Shown here piece after piece: positions 23,101-36,876 of a DNA stretch of 64,000 nucleotides. Each line of letters begins with the position of its first letter. Within the stretch, counting starts at the first letter, position 1. The notes below the pieces were generated by a model that ran no database searches, was not told where the DNA came from, and saw nothing but the letters and a program-made list of their open reading frames with translations. Origin of the DNA: Haliotis rufescens (taxonomy: Eukaryota); the NCBI RefSeq assembly GCF_023055435.1, contig NW_025964112.1, forward strand, positions 14,322,001-14,386,000, read 5' to 3'. Made by a program: the position numbers and the translations under genes.

Positions 23101-26100
23101 ACCTCTGGTTGTACCAACAGTATCGGTTTTGTCTAGAACTCTCGTGTGGTTATTGGGCGATGTCAGTCCACCTATCGTTATTGATTTTAAATACTACGAT
23201 GACATACATTAAACAAGGATATTCCGACGCCTGCACATCTGATGTACTTCTCGGAAGGTGTTTAAGTCAACCGTTCTTGTATAATGTTACGTTTTCATAT
23301 ACTAATATAAAATATATAAATCATACTTCAATTCAAAACTCACTTTAGTATTTTGACATGTCTTTGAGACATTACCAGGCTAGATATTAAAGTGACCTAG
23401 GCTCATTCAAGCATGTTTCGCACGCATTATTGTTGTGATACGTTAAAATCATCTGTTGTTACCGCCACTACAGGGTCATGTCGACGGTCACCAAATTATT
23501 TGATACTATGGAGCAAATATTTTTATTCGGACAGGAAACATCACAAAACTGGTATTTTCAGTCAAACTTTTGTACGAATCCGCTACGCGGGTGCCACATC
23601 TGTTGGAAAAAGATGCTTGACGGAGTCTGCATGTTATTTGAAGGGTAACTGCAGTAGAGACAGCAGAGTAACGTCGCTTGTTTATCGTGTTATTGGACTG
23701 GATTTTACTTCCGCATCAAATACTTCTTTCCCTGGAAATATTTATGTTGCCACGAGTGACCCCCGAAATCAAAAGGCCTGTATATTTCAGGAATGGTCAG
23801 GCATAGTGATATACCGTATTTCCTCTATTAGACGCCCGGGCTTCTATTTATTTCGGACAAGCCTTTGACCCGGCGTCAATTAGAGGCCCGGCGTCTATTG
23901 GAGGCCCGGCTTCTATTAATACCCCCATACCCCCATACCCCCATACCCAGGGATCATTAATCGTATCAATTGATCGACTCCGGCTTCTATTTTTTGCACT
24001 GAACAATTGACCCGGCTTCTATTAGAGGCCGGCGTCTATTAGAAGCCCGTCTAAAGGACACAGTTGGTATAGGATGTTTACGATGTGCGATCATGCAGTT
24101 CGTCGTCCTGCCCAGGACACTGTAGATCGCTGCCAAACTCGGCTGAGATAATTCGACTCCTATTGGTGGATCTGAAACAAAATAAAATATAATTTAGTCT
24201 CACTTACAACACAATCTTTGTAGGCAACAATACACCCGTTTTTCAATAACAATGATTCCTTTCTCATTCAACAAACATCTTAGCATTGTTTTACAACCAA
24301 GGGAGCATCAAGGCAAATGAAAGACATCGGTACATGCACATTGAAGCTGTGATATTTCAAATATACAGCCGATAGCTTGACCGATAGGAGTAGTCAGTGT
24401 GACTAGTCAGGTTTCAGGAAGATATTTCGGATAAACAGTGTCCACCTGTATTGATTCGCATTATTGATAACATCAAGGTACGATCACCTGGCAGTGTTAC
24501 TGTCGGGTGCCTTGGAGCATCAACCGAAGAACTTCGTCGACCACCTTGAGAAGCTTAGTCTGCAGTTGAAGAGGGACAAAGTGAAGGTCACACAGAGTAC
24601 AGTAAGGTCTATTCCAACCCCTTCGCCAAGCTACCACCTTGCCAAGGTTGAGCAGAGGCAGTTCCACGTAAGTAAACTTCAATAATTCTGTGTCGTTCAT
24701 ATTTCTTGATTCAGATGTAGATATATTGACTGCTTGTTTACTACTGGCATGAATTTGGCATCTCATGCATCATTTTATCTGCATCTATTTTAGCAGGACC
24801 ATTCAGGAAGATAAAGGTACAACGGTCTTAAAGAACAAGGCCATAATAGAGCTGGTTGCGATTAAGTCACGGCGTATCAGCCCAATTGCGTTGATCGATG
24901 CTCATGACGTCAGTCACAGGATTGTCTGGTCCAGACTTTATTATTTACAGACCGCCGTCATATAGCTGGAATATTGCTAAGTGCGGCGTTAAACAATAAA
25001 CAAACAAAGAAAGCATGGCGTAGATGTTTGCCATTTTGGCAAAGCGGTTATAGTGCTATGTACAGTTGTATGCAGTGCTGAAAATATTTTGTTGATGCGT
25101 AGTTTAGATACAGTGACATATATTATCATGGATGTTTGGGCAATTTGATTGCGAAGATATGGCTTGAAATGCATGCATGCCTTGCAGAAAATCAGCAATG
25201 AGGAGATGAACCGACTCCATGATTTTCCGGAGGAGAGCCTTCAGGAAGATGAGAGATACACCGCGATTCCGAACCTCATGAAACAGGCTCACTGCTTCCA
25301 GGTCGGTGGCCTAAGTTGGATATTCATTCATATTCTCTGATGTACCCGAAGTTTCCGTTTATTTATAGATGCTTGCTTTGAGGCTACATTGATCTCCAGC
25401 TGTACGTTTGCCACTATTCTGTTTTCATAGTTTATCTGTGTGTCTAAAAGTTGCGAGTGCCAGTATCAGCATTCTCATTAAAGTCAGATCTTTTACATCT
25501 CTCTGCTTTATCAGAATTCAGGAACTGTGAATGCCTCTCGTTTGTCATTTGTTTGCACTGTTTATTTGTTAATCAAGTCTTTGCTAGGCATTGGGAAGTT
25601 GTAAGAACATGAATACATTACATTTTTTTATGGAATACAACTTCTTTTATACTTTGTCACGACCTTTCGGAGCACTTCTTGCACCTCGTGAAGGAGCAAG
25701 AAGTAGTCCTGAAAGGTCGTGATAAAGAATAAAAGACGTTTGTTTCAAAAAAAATTGTCATGCATTCATCTATTAATCACTTTGTAGGAAAATTGTTTAA
25801 AATGTTCATAGACCAGTCCAGATATTTTTAAACACATTCTTACTGGGAGGTTTGTTACTTCGGATGAATCAATGATGAATTTTATTACTCAAATATCCTT
25901 ATGCTTTTCACAAACTGCCGTGTAAATAACCTTGTCACACAACTTTGTTCTTCTGCAATGTCATTCTTGAGCACTCTTGGCATGTGTCTTTTAGGTACCT
26001 TTGCGTTCACGACCAACATTTGTATATAAATACGATTTGCAGTATGCCTATTCCTCACATTCGTTGTAAGAGTAATTTTGTTTTTAGTTTCATAAAATGT

Positions 26101-29100
26101 ATCAAGGAAAAGAGATCTTCCAGAGCTATCGAATACCGTTTTTACTGATTGAGTTATGACTCGACCCGACTTATATCCTCAGTAACCCTTTCGTATTTAG
26201 TTGATGGATTGGAGCAGCTAAAGCCAACGCACGTCACGCCGATTTTCCTCATGGAGAAAATCCGTGAAGTCCATTTCTATCTCTTCACCTGTGATATTGC
26301 TGAAGTGTTCTCAAAGTTGTGTCTTGCGTTCATTGCTTCCCTAGATGGCCGGTGTTGGCCTGTCGATGGAGGAGTACACGCGTATAGCTCTGTCTCTGAG
26401 GGAGCTGGTGAAGGTCTGGCCGATACAGACCGTCCGATTCTGGGGCAAGGTTCTGGGACTGAAGCAAAACTACTATGTGGCGGAGGCGGAATTCCCGGAG
26501 GGGGAGTATGAAACCGACATCAGTGATGAGGAGGAAGAGGAAGACGACGATCCGGCAGAGGAGAGGGTAGGTGAATCGTGGACATAAAGAGTCACAATAA
26601 ACTTCAAATTCTGCGAGAATTGAGGAAAGAAATACCAATGTAAAGGAGCGAGTTTGTCCTTCAATATGCGACTTCACCAAGTTTTGAAGTGGGGTTTAAC
26701 GTCACGTTCAAAATTGCACGTGTGTGCACGGACTCATACCGATGTTATAGTACTGGCCCACTGAGATACCATGCCAAAGTTTAACATGAATACCCCACTC
26801 AGACACATTGTACTGACTCCGAGCCGACCAGTCCTTGTTTTAGATCTTAATGCTGAGCACCTGACAGGGTAACAACAAGTACCCTCTTTTTACGTATTTT
26901 GGTATTACGCGGCTTGGGATCGAACCCACGACCTTCATCTCTCCAGGCAGACGTTCTTTCCACTTGACCAAGGAGGCGGTAATGTGGTATTTTATGATTA
27001 AGTAGTTTACCAACTAATGAGGCTGGACACATTAATACCTAATGCCGTTTCATGGTAACAAAGTGTACATGTAGGATCAGTTTGTGTTTCTGTGTTTCAG
27101 GAGGATAGCCTTTTTGACGGTAAGTATTTACATATTTTCGAAATATAAGTAGTTCCAATTACTTAACTGTTCAGGATATACGCATTGAAGCATGAATTTA
27201 AATATGAATCATACTTGTATATATAAAAGGAATTAGGTTATTTACTTATACTCTGATATGTTAAGAGCAGCAAAAGACACTTGTCATTTCATTTACCATA
27301 TACCTTATGTCTTTTATGCAGAAACCACAACCATATTGTCCATGAAGCCGCTCTTCAAGCCCCCACGGAAAATCCCCTGTGAGACAGCAGGGACAGGCTT
27401 GAACAAAAAGGTGTACTTCGTGTGCTCAGAACGTGAGTGGAGGTCTCAAATACAAGTTTTATATCTTGAAGTTGCAGAAGACAGAGTTGATATACGAATT
27501 TCATCTTCTTTTTTCTTTTAATGTGATGTTTGTGTACAGATGCCAGTATCTTTTATAAAGCAAGTGTTACACGTGTTATATTTGCTCTGGCATCTGTACC
27601 AAAACGTCGCATTGAAAGACTAAAGGAGTTGAAATACGTAAGTCAACTCTGTCTTCACATAAACAAATTCTGCTAATTTTGAATATAATAAAATGGGATG
27701 CGATAGCAATAGCCATGATCATTATCTCGAATAACTAAATAATGTGTTGAGCTTGTATCTTATTGATGTAATACTAACGTTGTTTTCGGTTTTAGACAGC
27801 CCCTTTGTAAACAACATGGATGATTTATTGATAAATAGACACCTTTGTGATGTTTAGAGTGCTAAAACGCTTCTTTTAATGCAGTGGGTCCAATTCCTAA
27901 ATCATTCACGGATATATTTTTTTATATTTTGACTCAGCCTGTCAGCCGTGGTATCGTTTACCCCATGTCACACCTGAACAAATTGTAGCCGCCAGAAAAC
28001 TTCGGAAGTACTTCACTGGATATCCAAACCATCAGGTAAGTTAGCATTCCACTGTATTATCGTAAGAGGATACGAAGTAGATTGTGTAGTAAGACGTGGT
28101 GACTTGGTTGATGCATGTCATCGTATCCCAATTGCGATCGATGCTCATGATGCCATCTTAGGATTGTTTGGTCGAGACTCGATCACCGTCCACAGTCCAC
28201 CGTCATATAGCTGAAATACTGCTACCTGCGACGTTAAACAACAAACAATCTTGTATGTGTACCAGCGTCATTACTAGCCGTATGGTGGGCCAGTTGCGCT
28301 TGCACTGACGTGACAGTTCAAAGTGCAACATGAAACAAATTCGTTGACTGTTCCATCTATCTGTTAACCTAATGGATAGCTATTGCGCCCAGGTCTTTCA
28401 TATTCTGATATATCTGCACATGGTGATCATATTTTTACTTAGTCTTTATTTTTTATATTATATTTAATATTACTTTACTTAATATATTAAATTGCTTACA
28501 GTATGTCAACTGTTCCAGATAAGGAAATCACTGCCTGTTTTGAATTGAAAAAGTAGGATTGTCGATGTGGAATGACAAACCTATAATTTACGCTTACGAG
28601 TAAGACGTAACATATTTACTTTTAAGATGGTGACGTATCCACCATTTCCAGGCCTTGAAAAGAACTACCTTCGCGCGCAGATTGCCCGGATCAGCGCCAC
28701 AACGCATGTCTCCCCTATTGGATTCTTTAAGTTTGACGAGGAGGGGGAGGAGGAAGAAGAGGGGGAGCCGGCGGAGGGTAGTAAGAATACATCTTTCAAT
28801 ATTTGATACAGACCTGTGGAGTTATTATCATCCCCCGCCCTACATCTTGATATAGGAACGGAGTTCGCCCGTCCGTCCTCCCGTCCTTTTTCTCCAAAAC
28901 CATAAAGTCAGAGGATGAAATTTTACACACGGATGTTACTGGTCATGATCTCCAATGGGTTCGAAAATTTGTGTCGTAAATTCATATTTTTTTTATGGCC
29001 CTTGCTCCATGCTTTTCAACTTGTGCATACTGCGTGAAATGGGGACAAGTTTTCTCTGAAACTACTAACGTAACATGAATGAAAGTTTGCATGCATATCT

Positions 29101-30458
29101 GAGAGATACATGTCAGGATTGCGTTCGACAGTTGGTGTCGTAAATGATTGTTTTACAGAGTTATGGCCCTTGTTCCGTGCTTTTCATCTTAGTGCATACT
29201 GCGTAAAATCGGGGCAAGTACTTCTCAGAAACTACAGTAACTGAAGTTACATGAATGAAAGTTTGCATGCTTCTCTAAGAGATACTTGTCAAGACTGAGT
29301 TCGAAAATTGGTCCCGTAAATTATTTTTCACAAGAGTTTCGTCCTTTGTTATTTTAATTGGTGCATTGCGTGTGCAATGGGGACAAGTGTTCTCAGAAAC
29401 TACTGAAATAGCAAGAATAAATGGTCTCATGCTTATCTAAGAGATACTTGTCAAGTTGAGTTCGACAATTGGTCCTGCAAGTTACTTTTTAGAGAGTTAC
29501 ATCCCTTGATCCATGTTATTTTACTTGGTGCATAGTGTCTGCTATGTGGACAAGTTTTCTGAGAAACTACTGAAGAGACACTTACCCGTGAAGATCCGGG
29601 GTAGAATTGGTCTTCCGCAACCCATGCTTGCCGTAATAGGCGACTATGCTTGTCGTAAGAGACGACTAACGGGATCGGGTGGTCAGGCTCGCTGACTTGG
29701 TTGATGGCTTGATGCATGTCATCGATCCCAATTGGATCATTGGATTGTCTGGTCCAGACTCGATTATTTACAGACCGCCGTCATATAGATGGAGTATTGC
29801 TGAGTGCGGCGTTAAACAACAAACCAACCAATTAAAGATACTTATCAAAACTGATTTATGTTTTTCCGGAGAAGGGACCTTAAGTATGTATTAAATTCAC
29901 ATTTAATCATTTCTAATGACATAAAGCTGCCCAAGTGCCTTCCTTTTCTTTGGCCTTATAGGACTCTTTTTTTATGGTTTGTATTCACTACTATATGAAC
30001 AAACACAATTCTAATTTGCCCCATGGCGGGGTGTAATGAAAACGATTTTTCTTGTTCAAATTATCTTATCTTAAATGAAAAAAATATACTTGGGGGATAT
30101 ATGTAATTGATATTACAACAAAGTTGATGCCATTTCATTTCCTCTTCCGTATGAATACGAACAACGAAATTCTACCTGTATTTCTACATTTTCGAGAAAA
30201 GTAGAATAACAAAAACAGCATATCTTTGCTGATTTGCTTCGATGTGTTTTGTCTTCACATAGCGTCTATGTTAACAGGAAATAACAGTGCGCCAGTGTTT
30301 TCTTTTTCTTCAGGCAGGGAAGGGTTCGTGGAAGATCAGGACTTTGAGGGACTGAGCATGCGAGACCTAACTGATCCAGGAATGGCTACTTGGGTTCATC
30401 ACACACCCTTTGTCTTACCACAGGTAGAAGGTCTTCCTTTTGTTTTCTTTCATATGTT

Positions 30459-30520
<62 letters not shown>

Positions 30521-33086
30521 CGTATACTTCCGACCTAAAAGGGCGGGCTATGGAGTTATACCAAGGAATGGTTTCTTTTTGCGACATAAAACTTGAAAAC
30601 TACTACATAGATTTCTTTTCAAACTTGGGGAACACTTTCTATACCAATAGAAGAGATGCAGTGCGAAGTTTGATTTCAATATTTGGATAATAAAGCTTTT
30701 TTTCATTTTTTGATTAAGAATGTTTGAACTTATACATTTGTGCTGCTGATTCTTTTCAAATTTAGGGAACAGTTGCCATACTAATAAAGGAGGTGCAGTG
30801 CAAAGTCTTGATATAGATATGTGGCTTTTTCTGAGAAAATACGAATTTTTACATGTTTTGAACTTAGAAATATGTTGGGAGTCGAGGTAGGGGGTATCAG
30901 CGAGCCTTGCTCACTTTGTGCCTTGTTGTTTGTTGCTTTTCACTTTCTAAGACACTGGTGCTTGTGACAACAGGGTCGGATTACGTGGTACAACCCTCTG
31001 CAGGGGCACGAGGGGGAGGAAGAGAACGAGGAAGAGGAGGAAAGGAACGAGCCCGATGAACCGGAACCGGAACATGGTCCGCCATTATTGACTCCACTGT
31101 CAGAGGATGCCCGTGAGTGGGGATCCTTTTTCATCCGTAGCCATTTTATGCGACAAGATGTACCAATATGCAGATGTATGGTTTCTGATTCATCAATAGT
31201 AACTGTTTTCAGAGAATATCTCACGAATATGTATCAGTTTTAAGTTAATAGATATATTGTAGTATACCTTAGGTGTATGATTCAATATTAATAAACATGA
31301 TACTGATACATATTCGTCAGATTATGTATACTATAACCCCGTAGAGATTCAGGGTTAGAATAGGTTCCCAGCAACTTATGCTTGTCGTTAGAGGCGACCA
31401 AATGGATCGGGTGGTCAGGCCCGGTGACTTTGTTGATTGAGTGTCACTGAACCAGAATGGCGTGGATCGTTGCTCACAAAATCGATCACTGGAATGTCTT
31501 GTCCAGGCTCGATTACTTACAAGCCGTCGTCATGTAGCTAGAATATTGCGAAGTGTGATGTTTAAACACAAACAAACAGCATACTATAATCTTGGTTTTA
31601 TTTGAAGAGGTTGGGAAGAGTCCGGCTTGGATTGCCAAGGCGTCATCGCAGTTTGTCCCAGAATATTCAGTAGCTATTCTCCACTCGAACACATGGCCAG
31701 GAGCGTATGCCTTTGCTTCCGATAAAGGAAGGTGAGTACTAATAGGCGATCAGTGGTGAGTGAGGGAGTCAGGGTTAAAGCCACTTTGACAAAAGCAGTT
31801 CAGTTACATAAGGGCGTGTCAGCTTATGTGGGAGTAAAACCCAAGTTGACTCATGGCGTCGTTGTTTACCGCTTTGGTGAAACCCGTGTGCATGAGAATG
31901 GTGCCACACAAGGATCATTATCAGGGTGAATCTGGAAAATCGTACCCACGACCAGTGGTTCTTGGCCAGGCTAAGGGACTCAGCTCGGCACAGCCAATTG
32001 CAGTGTCAATGCCACAATAGATGATCTTAACATTAAATTAGATCAAATGGAGGGAATGCTTTATCAGGCGAAACATATGCTCGCTACAACATGGGGTGTC
32101 GTAAGTTGGCGAATCGGATTGAAGTAAAGTATTGTTAAGACTTGTCACCTGTCATTAAACTTTCGAGTGATTTTGACACTACTCTCAGGTCTTGCCTGTT
32201 GCCTGATTGTATGCCCTAAAACTGTATTTACCCGCATACGTTGAGTGAGTGAGCATGGTTTTAGGCCGCTTTTAGCAATATTCCAGCAATATCACGGCGG
32301 GGCACACTGGAAATGGGCTTCACACATTGTACCCATGTCGGGAATCGAACCCGGGTCTTCGGTGTGACGAGCGAACGCTTTAACCACTACCCCACCGCCC
32401 CTGCATACGTTGAAGGGGTTGTCATACCACTCAGTGTTGCAATGCCAACCATGTCGACGACTTCAACAGTAATAGCAATATACATTCATATATTAGGGCA
32501 CTGATATATAGGTTTAAAGCAAATCAGTGTGCTGATGAAACATGAGATCAGACCAACTGAAAAAATAGGAATGTATGACTACAAAGTTACGACCCGGGGG
32601 AAAAAAGCCCTTCCAAAACAGTCAAAATATCTTTGGAACCTAAATCTCTTCGCACATTGAAATGCAGACAATGTCAGCTCGGGTAAGGTGCATAAACCAT
32701 CCAAGAAGAACTTGTCATCTTCATTTTTTTTGTTTTATATGGCATTTACCATTAAATACACAGCTAGTTATTCAACTAATCCTTTTTTGAAGCCTTACCT
32801 TGCATTTTCCATCATACAACTGTAATTATTTCACAGGTTTTTTGAGAACGTATATATTGGCTGGGGACATAAAAACCTTGGCAGCTGTTTCGAACCTGCC
32901 ATCCCCGACCCACCATTGCCAGAGTTCCCGACCGGAAAGGAAGTAATTGAAGTGGAAGACCCGAAACCGGAAACAGAAGCGGCAGTGCGCTCGGCAATGC
33001 GGGAGAAGGAGTTAGATGCCGAGGAAGAGGAAGTTGGAGAGATGGAGGTGGAAGAAGAGGAAGAGGGTGACGAAGAGGACCAATAG
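20155..33086 (+). CDS. RSPH4A: Radial spoke head protein 4/6 family (RSPH4A/RSPH6A-like), about 566 aa. Exons 20155-20327, 24478-24667, 25188-25301, 26345-26566, 27101-27119, 27322-27432, 27938-28035, 28627-28777 (or 28780), 30314-30423, 30974-31112, 31608-31731, 32837-33086
   Basis: Signature peptides [119 protein letters not shown] and an acidic tail. All junctions are GT-AG with consistent phases. 4A versus 6A orthology is not resolvable here. Confidence 0.92.
20333..20576 (-). mobile_element. SINE family C, full length
   Basis: Head CCCGTGAAGATCCGGG through the (AAC)n tail. Confidence 0.9.
21018..21171 (-). mobile_element. SINE family A
   Basis: Match to family consensus. Confidence 0.9.
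22828..22984 (+). mobile_element. SINE family A
   Basis: Match; TSD-like CTTA(T/C)ACCAG. Confidence 0.85.
23812..24052. mobile_element. Truncated pogo/Tc2-type MITE with internal ~19-bp repeats
   Basis: TA|CCGTATTT terminus followed by repeated CCCGGC(G/T)TCTATTAGAGG units. Confidence 0.6.
24870..25005 (+). mobile_element. SINE family C 3' fragment
   Basis: Body and tail match. Confidence 0.8.
25609..25769. repeat. About 160-bp imperfect palindrome in RSPH intron 3
   Basis: CTTTTATACTTTGTCACGACCTTTC...CTTCTTGC pairs with GCAAGAAG...GAAAGGTCGTGATAAAGAATAAAAG. Confidence 0.8.
26690..26980 (-). mobile_element. SINE family D (tRNA head + Meta/MESC-like core)
   Basis: Reverse match to the copies at 38292, 49661 and 60714. 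Confidence 0.8.
28095..28247 (+). mobile_element. SINE family C 3' fragment
   Basis: Diverged match. Confidence 0.75.
28823..30040. mobile_element. Helitron/Helentron-associated (HINE-like) element with ~170-bp internal tandem repeats and a nested SINE
   Basis: GTCCGTCC micro-repeat near the 5' end; unit GGGGACAAGT..TCTC.GAAACTAC recurs at about 29041, 29211, 29380 and 29548. Confidence 0.55.
29586..29831 (+). mobile_element. SINE family C
   Basis: Full head and tail, nested in the tandem-repeat element. Confidence 0.9.
30463..30514. repeat. (TG)n microsatellite
   Basis: About 26 TG units. Confidence 0.95.
31337..31577 (+). mobile_element. SINE family C (diverged)
   Basis: Match across the full length. 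Confidence 0.8.
32243..32401 (-). mobile_element. SINE family A
   Basis: TSD GCATACGTTGA. Confidence 0.9.
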
Positions 33087-33164
33087 GCAGTTGCAGAGAA
33101 ACGCGAAGCACTGGCATTATTTTATCATTTAATACCTTCGATATCATCTCTAGAACGTTTCTGC

Positions 33165-33170
33165 AATAAA
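33165..33170 (+). terminator. Polyadenylation signal of the RSPH gene
   Basis: AATAAA about 80 nt after the stop codon. Confidence 0.6.
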
Positions 33171-33856
33171 ACACATAAAAAGTGGTAGGGGGTGGGAAGG
33201 GCAACTATTTATCGAAAATTGATGCAGGAATTCCAAGTGACTGTGAAAGTCGTCGGGGTGATGTGATCCGTTTTCGGTGTAGAGTTGAAGCCCTTTAAAT
33301 ACTAGAAAATAATCTTTAGCAGTCGATATCAATCGTCTTGAGTTATTTAAGTAGGTTAATAACAGTGCCATAATTCGTGAGTCAGGTTTATCTCTATCAC
33401 TGGAATTCGATGAATATATTTTAACAATCTTGATTTGCTCATTTTGCATTTGTTATGACGTGTGGTAGATGCTGCAACACTGTATATATGTTCATAACAA
33501 ACGTGCGTTGAAGTTCACGACACTGTTACTTGGTTTTGAACGTTTGTCAGAACGAATACTACTACTATATAGTAGTTAGTAAACAGACGCACCCAGTGAA
33601 TGATAATAAAACATTGAAAACCATGTTTATGTGTAATTAATTTACTTTATGCATACTTGATATTTAGCCAAATCTGGATCAGAACATATCATTTATCTTG
33701 CTGTTATTTAATACTTAATTGAGAACATGCATATTCTTCATTCTTCAGAAAAAAGGGTATTAGTCTCATTCCTTAGTTGTAAATACATTTTATATATAAG
33801 GGCCAATCAACTGAAATTCTGTTTAAATTACCCTACGCTCACAGCGTTTTTTAAAG

Positions 33857-34018
33857 GGAGTGAGTATGGTTTTACGCCGCTTTTAGCAATATTCCAGCAA
33901 TATCATGGCGGGGAACACCAGAAATGGGCTTCACACATTGTACCCATGACGGGAATCGAACCCGGGTCTTCGGCTTGACGAGCGAACGATTTAACCACTT
34001 GGCTACCCGACCGCCCCC
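33857..34018 (-). mobile_element. SINE family A
   Basis: Match to consensus. Confidence 0.9.
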
Positions 34019-34599
34019 CTTTTTTTAAGGAAGCGTTGAGTCATTATTGGAATTTCATTGAAGGTTTATATATTATATCCCTGTGAAATAGGTTTGACCT
34101 ACATACAATATCGTTCTCCACAATATCTCCTTATGTTCATACCATACGCGTACGGTGTTCTGGCAGTTGGGGATGGGGGATGTTTGGTATCCTTTCACAC
34201 ATTTTTTGAAATTTTGTTTTAAGTACTACTGAAAAAAAATGTTCTGGCTCGAACAAAAAAAACAAACCATTCGTACTTCTGTCACTGAAAGATTTGTCTT
34301 TTTCATTTGGCTAAAGGGCAAGGCCGCTTTAACAACTCGTCATTTGTCTTGCACGTCCATCTCGTGAGGCACGTGCTCACCTGTCACCTGCGCCGCGGTT
34401 TGCTGGTGTGTTTGAGGTGGTCAGGACATGTGCGATGTAGGACATGAAAAATAAATTAACTGCTGTTGGAGGGGTCCGAATTCAATGTCACACAGGTTGA
34501 AAACAACTTTCAGCTGGATCGTTAGCATCACGTCAGCGGATGAAAGATGTCGAAGCATGTGCAGTGTTATGAGTGCGTCTGTTGTTTCATCAACAAAAC

Positions 34600-36876
34600 A
34601 GACGATATTCACACAGAACTGGTTAAAACAGACTGTATATACTGATTCAGATCATCACTGGATTATAACCTTTTAAAGTATCGGTAAGTACTTTCGTGAA
34701 AAATTTGTCTTGACACTTGCGTTCTGTGGATTGTGTGGTGCAGCCGTGGTCCGAGTATCAGTATCCGAGCACATAAACAAAATTGACCTTTGGGTTTTAT
34801 TTCACCAGTATCACAGGTGACTAAAGTGTGATTGTAATCTAAACTTGTGCAGTATCCGTCAGTGTTGGCTGTGACAACCGCTTACCTCTTATCCAGTGGA
34901 TATTTCTTGCGATGTTGAAATATGGTGATGACTCGAACTGGCACTATGCCACGAATTGCATATTCTTCTGATACCTGTAAACTCGGGCCTATGCAAAGAA
35001 AGATCGATGAATTTTTAACAATGCAAGTTGACACAGATGGCCATGTCCTCAGAAAGATCTACTGAATACATATATTGGTAACTACAAGACAGACATATCC
35101 ATATTTTATTGTGGTACAGTTTAAGAAGTACTCCCATGAAGATGATACCGTTGGGTTGCAGGGTATTAATTAATCCAAAGCTATCTGTGCTTGTTCTGAG
35201 AGGCGACCAAAGTGGATGGTGTTTGCACGTCATCGTACAACGATCTCGACGGCGGTTGATGTTACTCCCTTCGCCGTCGGACTGGGTGTGGTGTTTAACA
35301 ACAAACACGACACGACTCTAATAATATTAACGTTATCCACTTGCACAGACTCGATCATTCACTGAGCCGCCGTAATATACCTACCTACTTTATTGCTGAC
35401 GGAGGCGTAAAACCATAAACACACGTTCATAGATATATATATTTGGTTATTGTCACCTGTACTTTACTAATCAACTCTCTTCCAAGCATAATTCAAGTAC
35501 GAATAAAAACGTTAAACATTAGAAAATGCACCACTCTTTTCCGAAAAGCTGTATCGGCTCCGTTTCATGAAAAAGGAAAGTGTTATTGGGTCGCTTCTGA
35601 AATTGCTCGTCATAAAAGGTTGGAATAAAATCAATGTACAGACAATTTGCTGCAGGCCAATGAAACACGGCAGTGAAAAATATAAAACTTGATTCCTGAC
35701 GCAATGCCTCTAGTTGTATCAAATCCCTACGCATGTCTAGCACATAAGCAGTACTTCTTTGAAGCTTCATGCGAAGCACGGATTATAAATTACTTTAATA
35801 AAAGGAAGTTTCACTGAAATCTCATGAATAATGTATTAAGGCATTCAAGTACAATCTCGGAAAGTAACCGGAGAGCTTTTTTTTACCAAGACCGATATTG
35901 ACACTCAGATGCATTAAAGCGATGACGAAGTCGTTTACCCTGACAACACAGTCGTTATATACCCTTGACGTCGTTAAGTGCAGGGAGGAGGTAATATTTG
36001 CTGTGTCGTTATGCATGCGCAAATATGACATCTTTTGTTGAATATCTAATAGTCTGTTTGTTCTGGGAAACGGGTTTGTGGTTGGAATTAATTAAATCTA
36101 GATTAGAATCTTGTCCGCAAGCGTTTGTATTCCCTAAAGAACAAACTATGATATTCTATATAAGAAATAGAAATAATATTGTTTAATTTAACCCACATGT
36201 AAAACACGCTTAAAACTATTTGAAGGACAAACGTGTACATGTACAATGTACATATAGAAGTAAGTGTTTAGAACAGGCATTAGAGCCCACTTCATAAGTA
36301 TGCTATGATATTAACACCAATAGGATATAATGCATCACAGGGATTTAACACACAATCATACTACTGACTGACTTCATTGAAATCACTTATTGATGAGTGC
36401 GCGGATATTGATAGCAATCATTCATGTTACCATCAGATGTGTTACCCTAGGCGAATGTGTCCCCGGGGAGCGACGTACTCGGCAGTTCCTATGGTGGAGG
36501 AATCATTGCAGCTACATGAGACTCCACAATGGTTTCGTACGGTGTTATTCAACTGTAAGGAAAACTAGTGATGGTGTTTAGCTTCGAAACATTATTTTGA
36601 TTACTGTATTTGAATTTTAAACTGGCATTATTCATACTCTAAAGTTAACATTCTGCCTGTTCCATATGTACTGATCACATTTGATTTGTGTTTTGTCAGT
36701 TTGTCAACCAATGTGAGAATGGTATGTGGGAGAATGTTGATCGTTACTCGGAATGGTTTCTTCCAATACACATAACAATATTATTTGACCCCTCAACTCA
36801 GGGACGCCTTGGAAGAGGATCAAAAGCTGTCGGAAAACACTTGGAGTTTCCCTTGTTGGAACCAGATATCCTTTGA
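34600..36876 (+). pseudogene. Putative small Cys-rich secreted peptide gene, copy 1 (exons ending 34683; 36437-36554; 36700-36876), exon 1 frame broken
   Basis: Exons 2 and 3 have clean splice sites and join in frame: CVTLGECVPGERRTRQFLWWRNHCSYMRLHNGFVRCYST-FVNQCENGMWENVDRYSEWF...*. No in-frame ATG was found in exon 1. Confidence 0.4.

Noticed and set aside
32812-33204. Pro/Leu-rich minus-strand ORF, and similar ones at 12908, 20133, 26330 and 30940
   Set aside because: Antisense shadows of purine-rich coding exons.
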